Source: Octopus sinensis (lineage: Eukaryota). Taken from it: a stretch of 64,000 nt of DNA. This document shows, piece after piece, positions 38,018-50,659 of this stretch. Made by a program: the position numbers and the translations under genes. The DNA is taken from NCBI RefSeq assembly GCF_006345805.1, contig NW_021825821.1, positions 496,001 to 560,000 on the forward strand, given 5' to 3'. The notes beneath the pieces were generated by a model that was not told the DNA's origin, searched no databases, and worked only from the letters and a program-made list of their open reading frames with translations. How positions within the stretch are numbered: the first letter of the stretch is position 1; every line of letters begins with the position of its first letter.

Positions 38018-39322
38018 CTAAACCTTAGGCTTTTGGTCAAAAAATGCGTATTTCATAACCAGTGATGAATGGTAGTAATCGAGTTTCGAGATACATGCTT
38101 CAAAAGCTTTCGGATAATCCATTTTCATCTAAAAAATCAACAAATTAGAACAACCGTTGAAACCAGTGCCTGCTTTTCTTGTTTCTCTTGTGCTGACAAC
38201 TGATCCCATAGCATCTTGGCATTCTGCATACCTTCAGATGCATTTTCCGTGAAAAACAAATCAAAAGAGGAACTATAATATTTTATTATGTCTTTAGAAT
38301 TAATTACACTGGAGGTTTATTAGGGACATTTAAATATTTGAAAATAATATCCCTCTCTATTTTGAGATTACGGGTTAATATTTTCTCAAATTTTGCGCCT
38401 GGATTTGAGGCCGCATATTCCTCACATTTTCTCTATAATGTAAAAAATCAATCTATTACTTCGTATTGTTCCCTTAGTTTTTCATATTTTAGGACATAGT
38501 GAAACTGTTGTTTAATAGGTAAGTTCTTAAATTTTTCAGCAAAACGTTTTTCTAATGCATCCTTCGGAATCTATCATAATCAAATATTTCACAGACATTT
38601 GGGTTTTTCTTCAGATACTTCTTGACTTTTTTCGATATAAACAACTCCCAAGCACGTTTGGGAAGTTTCAGGGGTGAATTTGGTCTAAATTTAGATACTA
38701 ATTACAAAACTTGTCGTCGCTTTGGTAGTTTGCATAATTATTATCATTTTCTTGCACTTGATCGATATATTTTTGCTATTATAGAATTAGATTAACAAAT
38801 ACTTTTTGTTCTGAAGGTAGTGTTTTGAAATGATGAGACATTAGTTTAGTCAAATCAACCATATGCATATCAGGATGCTCACTATGAAATCGGTCATAAT
38901 TTTCCTTCGTGTATAAAATGTAAGCATTTAAAGCAGGCCCCTCATTCTATTTATGCTATAAAGATAATTTACAATTCTGTTGACTACATTCTTCAAATTT
39001 GAACTGACTTCTGTCAAAAGACTTTTTAAGGTCCGGACTTTTCTTGTCTAAAAAAATAATAGGCAGTTATTAACTCTAGAAATTAGGAGTTCGACTTTTT
39101 GTCGACATTCAGCAGCAGAGTACCCATCAAAAACAATTTCGTCCCAGTTTATTTGTTTAAAAGACTTTTTATAGGAAAAAGGAAAATTTTTAGGTAATTT
39201 AGATTTAACCCGATCAATTAGTATAGAATAGGTATTTAAGTTCCATTCTAAATAAAAAATAATGATTAAATACAACCTGAATCATTTTCTTGTGCTTCTA
39301 TCTTAATGTTATTCTTCGACAT
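38018..39322 (-). CDS. UBTF: UBF/UBTF-like multi-HMG-box protein
   Basis: N-domain W..LIDRVKSKLP..INWDEIVFDGYSAAEC; HMG1 PALNAYILYTKE..HPDMHMVDLTKLMSHHFKTLP; HMG2 LPKRAWELF; HMG3 PNKPPVSSFDLFF; 25-33 nt introns; 3' end uncertain. Confidence 0.75.
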
Positions 39323-39814
39323 AACAACAGCAGAAACAAATAATTCAAATTTTAGTTATATTAATTTTATAATATTTATTAAATATTCTTTCTTATTAGT
39401 AAATAAAAAAAAAACAGAACTACAGAAATAAGACGAATGAATAAAAAAAAATTTCAACTTTATTCAGCGTGGAAATTAAGGATGGGCCTGCAACGTTTCA
39501 GCAAGAACTCAATAATTCTTTAATTCTTATTTTTTTCGTAAAAAATCGTAAATAGCCCTGACGCAAATGTAAACGACATGTTGACATACCGCCCATCTCG
39601 CTCAGGCCGGCCACAGTTTTTTTATAGAAAGAACAAGACAGAAAGAGAACATGTTACTAAGGAATTAACTAATCCAAACGAAGTCATGTGTCTCTTTTGC
39701 TCTGTCTCTGTAGCTCCTCATGTTTAACAACAATATGAGTTACAATAAAAATTAAATCAATTATTGAAAAAAATCAATTTATATTTCGGCGATCCTGAAG
39801 TGGCACTTGCTAGG

Positions 39815-39995
39815 ATTGGTTGAGACTTCCGGTTCCTTGGGCGGTAAGGCAATCAGTTCGTTCAGGAGATCGGGTCCTGCATGTCTGCTCTCACAGACGA
39901 CGCCTGCGAATCAAGATGGTTTTTCGAGCGGATATCCTTTGCGATAGTACGCTATAACTCTTTCTCGATCGCGTCGGCTTCCCGTCCGCTTAATT
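39815..39995 (+). mobile_element. CRE-like 3' fragment, close relative of the 29355 copy
   Basis: Roughly 90% nucleotide match by eye to 29700-29870. Confidence 0.85.
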
Positions 39996-40018
39996 AATCA
40001 ACATTAATTTTGGCAATT

Positions 40019-41345
40019 ATTAGTTAGTTAGTTAGTTAATTAATGCACGTTCGCGTTGCCAGTAAACAAAGTTTATGGTTTCGCTTGTGCCATGTTTTTA
40101 ACTATTCTTGTCGTTAGTTCCTTCCATCCCTTCCTTCGTCTTGCCCTCTTTCTGATTTCGTCCAGATTGTTTGCATCCATCAATCGGCCTCCGATCATAG
40201 CATATTCCTTCGTGAGTATTCCCGGGAGACAGTCTCTTGGGCGTCCTCTATATTTAGAGTATTCAGTATGGTCGAAAAATTCTTCCATGACCATATTGCA
40301 AGGTGTTTCTTTTTTCATTCGTAAAATATGTCCAAACAAGCGCCAGCGGGTTTCAAGTACATTTAGACTTATAGGCCCACAGTTAGCTGACCTGTATAAT
40401 TTATCATTTGATATTTTCTTCGGCCACGAATAGCCGAGGAGTTTTCTCAGTTGACCCCTGTGGAAAGTGTCAAGTTGCTCCATGTTTTTCTTTGATGTTC
40501 CCCAAGTACCTGCGTTGTACATGAGGACAGGTCGGACAAATGCATCATATAATCGTAGACGCATCTTAGTCAAAATTTGTTTTTTTCTCATCCATATAGA
40601 TTGGAGTTTTTTAAGTGCAATTGTTGATAGTATTTTTCGTCTGGTGATATCTTCAGAATCGCCAAGAAGAGATCCGAGTTTTCGGACGTTTCGCCACTTC
40701 TCATCTATGCGAGTTGGCATACGTTCGACGGTGGTTATTTCGGTTTTCTCTTCGTTGACTTTGAGTGACCATTTATCGAGAATTGTTTTTGCTTTCTCCA
40801 TAATAATTTCTATTAATTTCGGATTCTCCGTAATAAAATCAAGATCGTCCGCGTATATGAGTTCCACAACTTGGTTGTCCATATATCCAATTTCTGCTCT
40901 TAAGTTTCTCAGAGCTGCCTCCAGATAGATGATAAATAATATAGGCGATAGTGTGTCCCCTTGTGGGGTTCCAACATTTGTAGGAAATAGTCTAGATTCT
41001 TTAGGGCCAATTCTGACAAGAAGTTGAGTTTCCGATAATAGCATATGTATCATCCGTAGACTGTCTTCATCTATAATGTTCTTTAACACGATAAGTAGTT
41101 TGCTCCTGTTGATGCTATCAAAAGCTTTGCTCATGTCGATTCCCAGGACATGAAAGGATCGTTTATACTTCTGACATATTGCATTGATCCAGCGATGGGT
41201 CCAAACAATATCGGCCGTGGATCTTCCAGGTCTGAAGCCACTCTGACTGCAAGAGAGATAACGATCGACTGATCTTGATATTCGGCTTCGAACAATAGTC
41301 GATAATATTTGTAGATCACTTCTATTGACAACATTAAGTCTTTTT
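40019..41345 (-). mobile_element. RTE-like LINE, 5'-truncated, RT frame open
   Basis: QSGFRPGRSTAD..GIDMSKAFD..GTPQGDTLSP..YADD..LGSLLG..RWRLFGHILR..RGRP; (AACT)n tail at 40019-40037. Confidence 0.88.
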
Positions 41346-41499
41346 CTTGTTTTTAAGTGATACTACTTGCTGAAGTATATTCAAGCAAAAAGGTTGATGG
41401 AAAAGCAATTTAAAAATTGACCTCTTGTCTACAGATTAGGGAATTTATTTTTGTAAATCAGTTTATACCCAAAAATTTCTTAGATGCTTTTCGAAAGCT

Positions 41500-42420
41500 T
41501 GAATTGCCATGATGTCAGATTGCAAATCGATTATGTCTTCTATCTTAATCTCGACTGTGGAAGTTTTATAATAATTTATGGCGGGATAACTACTTACTAG
41601 AACGCGATGAGCTATTAAGACGCTTGGAATTGTCTGAAACCCAAATTGGTATTGTTTTACCTTAATTAACGTTTCTAGTCAATTTAAATAAAGAATTAAG
41701 CCTCGAAACTCAAAAGGCCCACAAAATGAAGAACGTTGTTGTTAAAAAAACTAAAGAGGTTATTGATGCAAGACAACAGGTTATATATTACTTTTTTGTT
41801 CTTTTTGTATATATAATTTGTGGTTTATTTTTAATATTTTTAGAACTCAGAGAGTAACCTTGCAATATCGAAACTGAAAATTTGCAAAACTTGAAAGCAC
41901 AGCTTGAAGAGACTAAAATAGAATTAAGTGTCAGTCTGAGCGAAGGCGCCAAACGAACTGAAATTTTAAATTCAGAGAAAGTAGAAGCATTGCGATCTTT
42001 GGAAAATGTTCAGAAACTATATTCAACCACTTTGGCTGACTTACATCATCAACAAGAAATATCTCAGTCTCTCCAAAGTGAATATGAAGAATACAAAGTT
42101 ACTTATATTCTTGCGCTGAATATAACAGACACGTTCAAGTCTGATCCTAGAACAGCAACTGGAAGCAATTGTTAAAGAACGGAAGATGACTGAGGAGAGT
42201 AAAAAATGTAATTTTTTAGTATAATGTGGTTTAAAGAAAATCGTTGGAATCTGTTATTGATGATTTGAATAGTACTATTGAATGTCTAAAGTAAAAAAAT
42301 TTATTTTTTGTTTAGATTAAATTTAAAAGCAGCAAAAAACTCTTATGCAGCATTGGGTAGACGATTCATTCTTATTAGACAGCAAATTTCAAAAATTCTA
42401 CTATTTCCAAATTGCTCATT
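41500..42420 (+). CDS. Unidentified coiled-coil protein, multi-exon, partial
   Basis: Heptad-rich exons (LKAQLEETKIELS..QSEYEEYK) flanked by GT..AG; golgin-like but not assignable. Confidence 0.4.
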
Positions 42421-42459
42421 GCTTTCTGAAAAGTTTCTGAAAATTTGGGAGAGGCCTGA

Positions 42460-43515
42460 AGTCAGTTAGTAATAAGTCGGAGAGAATGCTTCTTCAAATT
42501 TATTGTGATTTGAAACATAAGGCAAATTACTGCCTAAGAAGAGCAGGAATCCTGCGCGTCATCAATTCAAAGAAAACGCATATGGCCACTATTGCAGAAT
42601 TCATGTCTCGAAAATACAATGAAAATGTAAATGAACTGAAAATATCGGACCTGGTGAAACTTCAACGTTAATATCTATGGAAAAATTGAAAAGAAGCCCT
42701 TGCACTCTACATTGTTAGAATGTATAAAGAATACTTAAGTTGATGTGAATGAGGCTTGCGTGTGGTTAATTAATAAAAACAATTCTTCCCAGACTGAAGC
42801 AAATCTGTGCCTGTTGCAAGACCGGAACTTATTTTTCAGCAACGGAGAAAATAAATGCAGCCACTGCAATTCATCCAAGAAGACCGTCGATCACCTTACT
42901 ACCAGATGTGGGCAAATGCTTAATGGTCCATACCTTAGACGCCATAACGAAGTGGTCAAATGCTTGCATTTATATCTAGGTCGGCAATATAGAATTAAAA
43001 AGTCGAAAAAAATAAAAACCCATTCAGTCCAATTTGTTACTACCAATGAATTTGTGAAAATCCGAGTCGAGACAAACCTCCCGACTGATAATGCTATCCC
43101 GAATAATAAGCCAGACATATTTGTTCATGACAAATCGAGCAACACAATTACTCTTATCGAGGTGGGAATCACTTCACAAAATTGTCTCAAGTAGGTCGAA
43201 GTGGAAAAGTTCCACAAATACGACTTGCTGGCAAATGAACTGGGAGCGATCATCCCTGTCGTCATGACCTGCGACGGAATTCTGTCAAAATTCTTCAAAA
43301 ATCATCTGGCTGTGCTTGGCATGGAGGACATGGTGAAGGCATACATCCAGACACTGGTGTTGCAGAAGACCTTAGAAAGCATGCAAGCCGAGACAAGGCA
43401 CGGGTTATCAATGCCTGCTGAAGATGTAGTCTCTGAATCTAGACTGCGCGTTGACATGAATCTGCCTATCCGTGCACTGAACGTGGGCCCTAAGAGGGTG
43501 AGGTTGATGGAATAA
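42460..43515 (+). mobile_element. R4/Dong-like element, zinc finger + RLE part
   Basis: LCLLQDRNLF..CSHC..TVDHLTTRC..RHNEVVKCLH..NKPDIFV..LIEVGITSQ..EKFHKYDLLANEL. Confidence 0.9.
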
Positions 43516-43593
43516 AACACTACAAATAACGGAAACTGAATAATTATTAATTATAATTTGGATCTCTATTGTCATCAAAATCAAGAATAAATT

Positions 43594-44391
43594 TTAACCG
43601 AGAAAAAAAGTTGTGTTTTTGAAGTACTTTAAAGTCTCGCTGTTGGCTGTGTATGACTGATTATAGTTCAAGACAATGTCCTGATCACACGGACACGCAT
43701 TCCTCACCACAGGGGACTCGTACATACACGCCATGTACTTAATCAACCTCGGACAGTCGGAAGGCAGGGAATGCTCCAAGTAGAACTATCGCTGTTAGTC
43801 AAATAAAACCTTCATTGCTACAGTAATGTGGTGTACTCTCACAAACAGGTGACAATCAGAGTACGTGATGCTGTCCCCTTTGATGAAATCAGTTTTTAGA
43901 CTGCACAACAATTTATCCAATTCTTTGAATTTTTGATCCAATTTTTCTGGCGATTTTTTGATTTTTATACACCGACAGAAAGTCTAAACTAGTAGACCCA
44001 CAACCAACAGTAAATAGACTAAATGCTATATCTTCGTAGGAGTCTACTTTGGACATGAATTGAGGGAAATGAATTGAAAGCTGTTCTATTATTGGGTTGT
44101 ACGAATCGACTGTGATTTGTTCCGAGTTGTTCGTAAACGTTAAAACGGGGGTTGACTCTCTGTTTAGCTCGAGGAATTCATTGCTCGGATTGGACAAATC
44201 GACTCCGATTATTACAAGATTTAGTTTGTAGAGACCGTTGAGGACTCCTAAGACAGTGACTATTTCGTGACTGAACATGTGAGATCCCTGACGTGATTTG
44301 TCAATAGAAGATACCTACGATTATTTAAAATAGTTTTAACAGTTATGTAAAGTTTAAAATCTGATAAACACGAGGGTCTGAATTGGTCCAT
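43594..44391 (-). CDS. CLIC: Chloride intracellular channel, EXC-4/insect-Clic type
   Basis: Three introns (26, 25, 24 nt) give FKLYITVSSIDKSRQGSHMFSHE..VDLSNPSNEF..FIKGDSITYSDCHLFVRVHHI..YMACMYESPVVRNACPCDQDIVLNY. Confidence 0.82.
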
Positions 44392-44519
44392 CAATATATT
44401 TTAATATACTATTATTTTTAGAAAATATAATTAAACAAACAAAAAATTTCTATTAATTAATTTTTACGATGTTAATCCGCTCGTTTTTCGCTGGAGATTA
44501 ATCACCTTCTTTTAGAGGA

Positions 44520-44830
44520 ACACTCTGTCTTTAAGATTACTGACTGAAGTTATCTCTTCATCAATGATTTTGATCCCGTGCTTGTGCTCATACTCTCCAG
44601 TGTTTCTTTCAACGCGTCTGACTGTATACAAGTTCCGTCTTCGACACCCAACTTTTCAACGTAGTTTTTGCAAACTTGGGAACGATCCTGTCCCATGTCA
44701 ATAAAAAAATCATAACTTGTGGAACTATTTTGACTTGAGGTTGGACAACTCTTTGGCCATAAGATCGTATTTATAGAATTTATAAACTTCGGCCTGCTTC
44801 AAACGGTCTTGGGAAGTGATTATTATTTTT
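44520..44830 (-). mobile_element. R4/Dong-like RLE 3' remnant
   Basis: ITSQDRLKQAEVYKFYKYDLMAKEL-like frame, decayed. Confidence 0.7.
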
Positions 44831-44989
44831 AATAATTAAATGTCAATTTTTTGTTTAAAACTTACATTTCTCGAAAAAGCACGGAAGAAATCTATTTAAC
44901 AAATTATTTTAAGAAATAATCACTTTGCAGAAGGAGATTTTTCGTAATCAAGCAAAATATTATTCGTGAGTGCAATATATATAAGTTTG

Positions 44990-45450
44990 CTGTGCCACTG
45001 AAACGGTATGGCTATTTGAGTCATATTGGCGTTGACTTAAATAACAAAAGCTTTCAAATCGATTTGATTTGTTATTAGGGTACACAATTAGTTTCTTTTC
45101 TAAATTTAAAAAATAAAACAGACATTTTTCTTGGTTAATGTCTGTAATAGACGTCTATTCCAAATATGAGTTTACGAGGAATCTAAAAAACCAAAAAGTA
45201 GTAGAGGTGGCAACAAATTTAAATGAAATTTTTATGAATTTTGTTCTTTCCAAGTTTTTAAAATCAGACAGTGGACCCAAATTCAAAAACTCTCATGTGA
45301 CAAAAGTCTATAATGGGTTCTGTATTCGTCAAATACTGGCAGACTAAACAATCCCCGATTCATTGAGTTGTTGAAAGATCTAATCAGACCACCACAATGA
45401 ATTTATTAAAAGCATAAGTTTGGATAACAAAAAAAGACAAGTTACATAAG
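44990..45450 (+). mobile_element. Integrase (rve) remnant, Ginger/KRBA2-like or LTR-derived
   Basis: FQIDLI..VIDVYSKY..LKSDSGPKFKN. Confidence 0.6.
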
Positions 45451-45657
45451 AAAATCGGGTTTTTTATACAATCAAACGTTTCACTTATCCACAGGAGAAT
45501 TGTTTTAATTTTTTACAGGCGTTAGCTTGTTCGAGAGATATAAAATTAAATACTGTTGCCGAAAATATAGAATCATAGTTCGATACAATCCAGAACATGC
45601 AGTAATTTTTTTAATTCAACTAATGATGAATTCCAATTTATTTTTACGAAAGTACAT

Positions 45658-48640
45658 TTGGATTCTTCTTATTATAGAAGAATGAAAGAAGAAGACTCCA
45701 AGACGATGGAAACTCTTCGGATAGTTGGGAGGGATCCCTCTATCTGTTATGGGTGTAATAAGATCAACACCAGGAAATGTGGCGTTTACTGTTCAATATG
45801 TAATAAATTCTGGCATATTAGCTGCGCGCACCTTACCAAAGCCGCAGTGAAATTACTCCGGCGCTGGAGCTGCCACTGTTGTATGGCTTTACTCGGAACC
45901 GCGGCTTCGCAGCATCAGTCTCCTTCGCTTCATGAACCCAAATCAGAACACTATATTCTAAAAATTTCCAACTTACGGAAATCTAAGAAGATACCATTAC
46001 GTATCCCTAAACAGGCTCGGATCTCAGCGGCAAACTGCTTGTGCGATCTTATCACTGATGCGCTAAGCTCCGGGGGGGACCATTCTTGGATCCGTCTCCT
46101 CTCTTTTGCACCTTGTGTGTTTGGACAAGCAATTGATGGTTCAGTACAAAAGAAGAGTCTCTCGGCTGCCATTAAGTCGAACTCTGCGAGATTGGATGTC
46201 TCATGGATTGATTTCGATTGTGAAGCGACCAATTTCCAAACGTGCATCACGGAAAAATCCCCCAGTGGTTCAAAACCCAAGTTAGTCGTAAACTCATGGA
46301 TGGCGACATCCGTGCGGCAGTTCGGGTCCTTTCGTCCGCTGATTCACTTGCTGAATCTACTGCCGAGACTTTGGAACACCTCAAAAACAAACATCCGATG
46401 CCCCCAGATGACTTACGGGAGTTTCCCACACGAGACAATGCAATTATACTGTCAATTTCTGATGATGAAATTTTGGAAGGGATTAAATCTTTCAGACCGA
46501 GTAGCAGTGGGGGATTTGATGGTCTCCGGCCGAGTCATATAAAGGACATGATTTCCCGATTGACTATGGAGACTGGAATCCGCCTGATCAAGTGTATTAC
46601 CAAGCTTGTCGAACGGATTGTCAATGCTGAGATTTCAGGCTTTGCAAGGGATCTACTTTTCTGTTCACACCTTATTGCTTTCCGAAAGAACGATGGAGGA
46701 GTCCGCCCCATTGCAGTCGGTAATGTCTTCCGGAGGCTGGCATGCAAAATTGCAGCTCGAAGAGTCTGTCCCCGTGTTGCCGCTGAATTATCTCCAGTCC
46801 AACTGGGAGTTGGTGTTTCCAACGGATGTGAAGCTGCTGTCCACGCGACAAGAGCTTTTTTTTCACCTGACACAAGACATTCCCCAAATTCCTTTGCGGT
46901 GAAGCTGGATATCTCAAACGCGTTCAACAGTCTGAGAAGGGACTGTATGCTGGAATCGTGCTCGCAGCGTACCCCAGAGATCATGAGTCTGGCTCACCTT
47001 GCTTACGGGTCCGAAAGTTCGCTTGTCTTTGACAAACACATTGTCCGTTCACGGACTGGAGTCCAACAAGGTGACCCTCTTGGGCCCTTACTATTCGCTC
47101 TGTCAATCGACGAGGTGGCTCGTAATGTAAAGACACCTCTCAACCTTTGGTACCTTGACGATGCCACTATTGGTGGCCCTGTTGATGTCGTCTTGGATGA
47201 GTTATATAAAATTGTTCCTGCCCTGGCAAAAATGGGGCTGATAATCAACACCAAAAAAACTGAGATCATAAATATCTCAGTCCCAATTCAAGACTTTGGC
47301 TTAGTAATGGAAAAGATTTCAGAAATCTTGCCAGACACAAAACAAACACGCCTCAACGATGTTTATTTTCTTGGGTGTCTTTCGGAGAGTCCGAAGTGCA
47401 AAACCACCTCAGAGCTAAGACTGTCGAAATGTCCCGTTTTACTGAACGCCTCTCTCTACTCGACTCCCACACGGCCTTTTTCCTCCTCAAAAATTGCATC
47501 CACGTGCCCAAACTGTTATATTTATTAAGATGCTCGCCCTGTTTTATACAAGATGAAATATTGCATTCTATCGATGATACGTTAAGATTGTGTGCCGAGT
47601 GGATCCTAAATGTCCGTTTCGATAATGATGGGTGGACCCAGTGTAAACTACCTCTTAATTCTGGCGGAGCTGGCCTAAGATCCGCCCTGGATCTTGCCCT
47701 CCCAGCTTTCCTGTCCTCTCACTCATCCTGCCGAAGGCTATCCTTGGAGATTCTACATAAATCCCCCGAATCTTCTTTGGACAGGCCTTTTGAAGATGGA
47801 TGTATGCTGTGGAAGGAATCAGGATTAAATTCCCGATCCAAACATCACTCCAACAGAGCTGGGACAAATTACGCTGCGAATTCACCGCAGACAACCTGGC
47901 AATGAGGCTCGACCAGCACCGCCTCGCCTGCTTACGCTCTGCAGCTGTGCCACACAGTGGGTCATGGCTGAATGCTATGCCAATTGCTGGCCTCGGAACA
48001 TTATTAGAGGATGACTGCATGCGTATCGGTACTGCACTGAGACTCGGACTTAACATCTGCGAACAACATCGTTGTAAATGTGGAAAAATGGTTGACGTCA
48101 AAGGGGTACACCCACTCTCTTGCAAACGAAGTGCTGGCCGAGCTCCTCGGCACTCCGCTATTAACAATGTTATCTTAAGAGCTCTTGAGTCGGCGGGCTT
48201 CCCCTCGATCCTAGAGCCAGTAGGCTTAGATCGTGGAGATGGGAAAAGACCCGATGGAATGACCACTTTTCCCTACTCCTGTGGAAAATCGTTGGTTGGG
48301 ATTCAACGTGTGTTGACACCCATTCCAAAACTAATATGATCTCTTCTGCTGTTTCTCCAGGTTCTGCATCAGATGCTGCAGAGCAAAGAAAAATTGCCAA
48401 ATACGCAAATCTTGGACAACGGTACCGCTTCGTACCTATCGCTGTGGAGACTTCTGGGGTAACCGGCCCTCTTACGACTTCTTTCATCAGAGAAGTCGGA
48501 GGAAAAGTTGCTAGGCGACGTGGGGAGCCTCGAGAAGTGTCATGGTTATTCCAACAAATTGGAATAGCTGTCGTTCGCGGCAATGCACACTCCATCATGC
48601 GTGCAACCGCAAGTGCCTTTTAATTATAGAAGAATAAACA
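45658..48640 (+). mobile_element. Near full-length CRE-like element: PHD finger, RT, RLE; several frameshifts
   Basis: C4HC3 finger CYGC..CSIC..H..C..WSCHCC; RT RPIAVGNVFRR, KLDISNAFN, GVQQGDPLGP, WYLDD; RLE CKCG..H..SC..RH..GKRPDG..AVETSG. Confidence 0.93.
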
Positions 48641-48721
48641 GTAAAATGGGAGTCCATAATCAAAATGTTAAATTAAAATAGAGATATGGTTTTTATTTTA
48701 TAATTAACTAGAAGGTTCATA

Positions 48722-50659
48722 CAGTAAAACCTCTCGAATCCGCCGATTTTGGGACCGACCAAAAAATCGGCGGATTCGAGAAATCGGCGGATTCGAGAGG
48801 CAATTTAAATAATATTTTATAGTGTGAAACATGAACTCACAATATAGATTAAGTATTTCTTTTCATATACAAATGACTGAATACATAAAATATTTATATT
48901 CAAAAAAAATCAGAAATTTTATTTTTTTAATTGATTTCTTAGCATTCCCCAATTCGCATAATATTTTCATGATCATCTATATCTGCATTTACCTAAGAAG
49001 CATAAGTTTTAATAATCTCTAGAGCTCTGAAGGCTTCTGAGAGATCAACTTTTTTCTCATTTGATTCCTCTTCAATCATTGTTTCCTAAGTATAATTATT
49101 AAATAAAATCACTAACTGATTGAACTTTTTTTGACTGTAATGTACTAGCTTGTTCAGATTTGTCTAAAAATTCGATTAGCTCTTCATTTTCAGTATATCC
49201 GTAATCAACAAATTCACTATAAGATATTGGATCGTCAATTTGAAATTTCTTAATTATTTCTTCATAATTATTTTCTTAGTTCTTAGATTCACTGTTGATT
49301 GTGATTGTTTCACATTTATCCATTGTGCATGACGGAAACAATTTTTGATGGTCGTAGGAGTAACTTTATTCCAAGCGAAGAATGTTAATGTCGCAGCAGT
49401 TTTAAGGGTGATTCCATTAATTGCATTCTGACAATTTTCCCCTGCCTCAACCTTTTCGATTATATCATTTATTTTCAAATTGGTAAATTCGGCTTTAAAG
49501 CATTTTATAATTCCTTGATCCATTGGTTGTAAGAGCGAAGATGTTCTAGAAGGCAAAAAAAGAATTTCAATTGAGTTTAACGTGACAATAATTTGATGAG
49601 ATGGACATTGATCTATTACAAGTAGAATTTTTCTTTTTTCTTCGCAAGTTCACAATCAAAATCATGAGCCACTTGTTAAAAATTTCACGGTTCATCCATG
49701 CCTTATTGGAATGGGTGTAGGTAACATATTTTCCAATGTTGAAATTTTTAAAACACCTTGGACTTTTGAATCTTCCTATCATTACAGGCCTTCTTTTATC
49801 GGAACCAGAACAATTTGCACATAATAGTAACGAAAATCGATCCTTCGACAACTTTATTCCAGGCCGTGATTTAGTGCACACACTTTTGGAAGGAATCGCC
49901 TTGTAAAAAACACCAGTTTCATCTGCATTATAAACATTGTCCAATCCATATTGTTCAATTTTTAAACTCATTGTTTCATTAAAATCAGTAATAGATTTTT
50001 CATCATGATTTACTGATCCACTGTCTCCGTGAAATTTTCTTAACTTGATACCATTTCGTAATTTAAACTTTTCTAGCCACCCACGACTTGCTTTAAATTC
50101 TGGAAAATTTTTTCAAAATTTAAGGGCTTTTGCAATTAACATCGAATCTAATAGAATTGCTCCACTAGATTCCATTAAGTTAATCCATGTTATCATCGCT
50201 ACATCAATTTCATTAAATTTGAGTTTTGGAATTCTCGTTATGTTTAATTTTTTGATGTCAGTCCTATTCAAAAGGTCCGATTTTTATTTAAGGTCGTTTA
50301 TAGTTCTCGGAGAAAGATTTCTTTTTTAACCGTGAAGAAAAAATCCTGGAAATTTGAGGTGCAGAAACGAATGGGTTGTCAGAAATATAACGTAGTATAG
50401 AAATTTTTTCGTTGATAGAAAGTCTAACACAACGACGCATCACAAAAATACAATTTAACGTGTAATGAGAATTTTAAAATGTTAATTAATTTAACTTACA
50501 ATAGAGATAAAAAAATTATTTTTCATAATACTTGAGGAGCGGATTCGAGAAACAAGCGGATTCAAGAATCATTCATAGGAAATTTCAAATTTTTGATTAA
50601 AACAAGCGGATTCGAGAAGCGGCGGATTCGAGAAGCAGCGGATTCGAGAGGTTTCACTG
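48722..50659 (-). mobile_element. pogo/Tigger DNA transposon, full length, transposase frameshifted
   Basis: 22-bp TIR CAGT(A/G)AAACCTCTCGAATCCGC, TA TSD both sides, many subterminal CGGATTCGAG; KASRGWLEKFK, VYNADETG, KAWM, LLQPMDQGII. Confidence 0.95.

Noticed and set aside
2033-39322. Functional clustering (BMS1, eIF2-gamma, BCCIP, UBF; GHITM with ETFA)
   Set aside because: Large functional classes separated by unrelated genes and TEs; chance not excluded
43570-43854. Solo-LTR-like segment (TGTCA...TGACA with AATAAA)
   Set aside because: No TSD, and the minus strand encodes the conserved C-terminal exons of CLIC
940-48640. TTAA(TT) right after the stop of most CRE copies as a target-site motif
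   Set aside because: Several copies continue with about 40 nt of UTR and an A-tail, so TTAA is internal to the element; no TSDs seen
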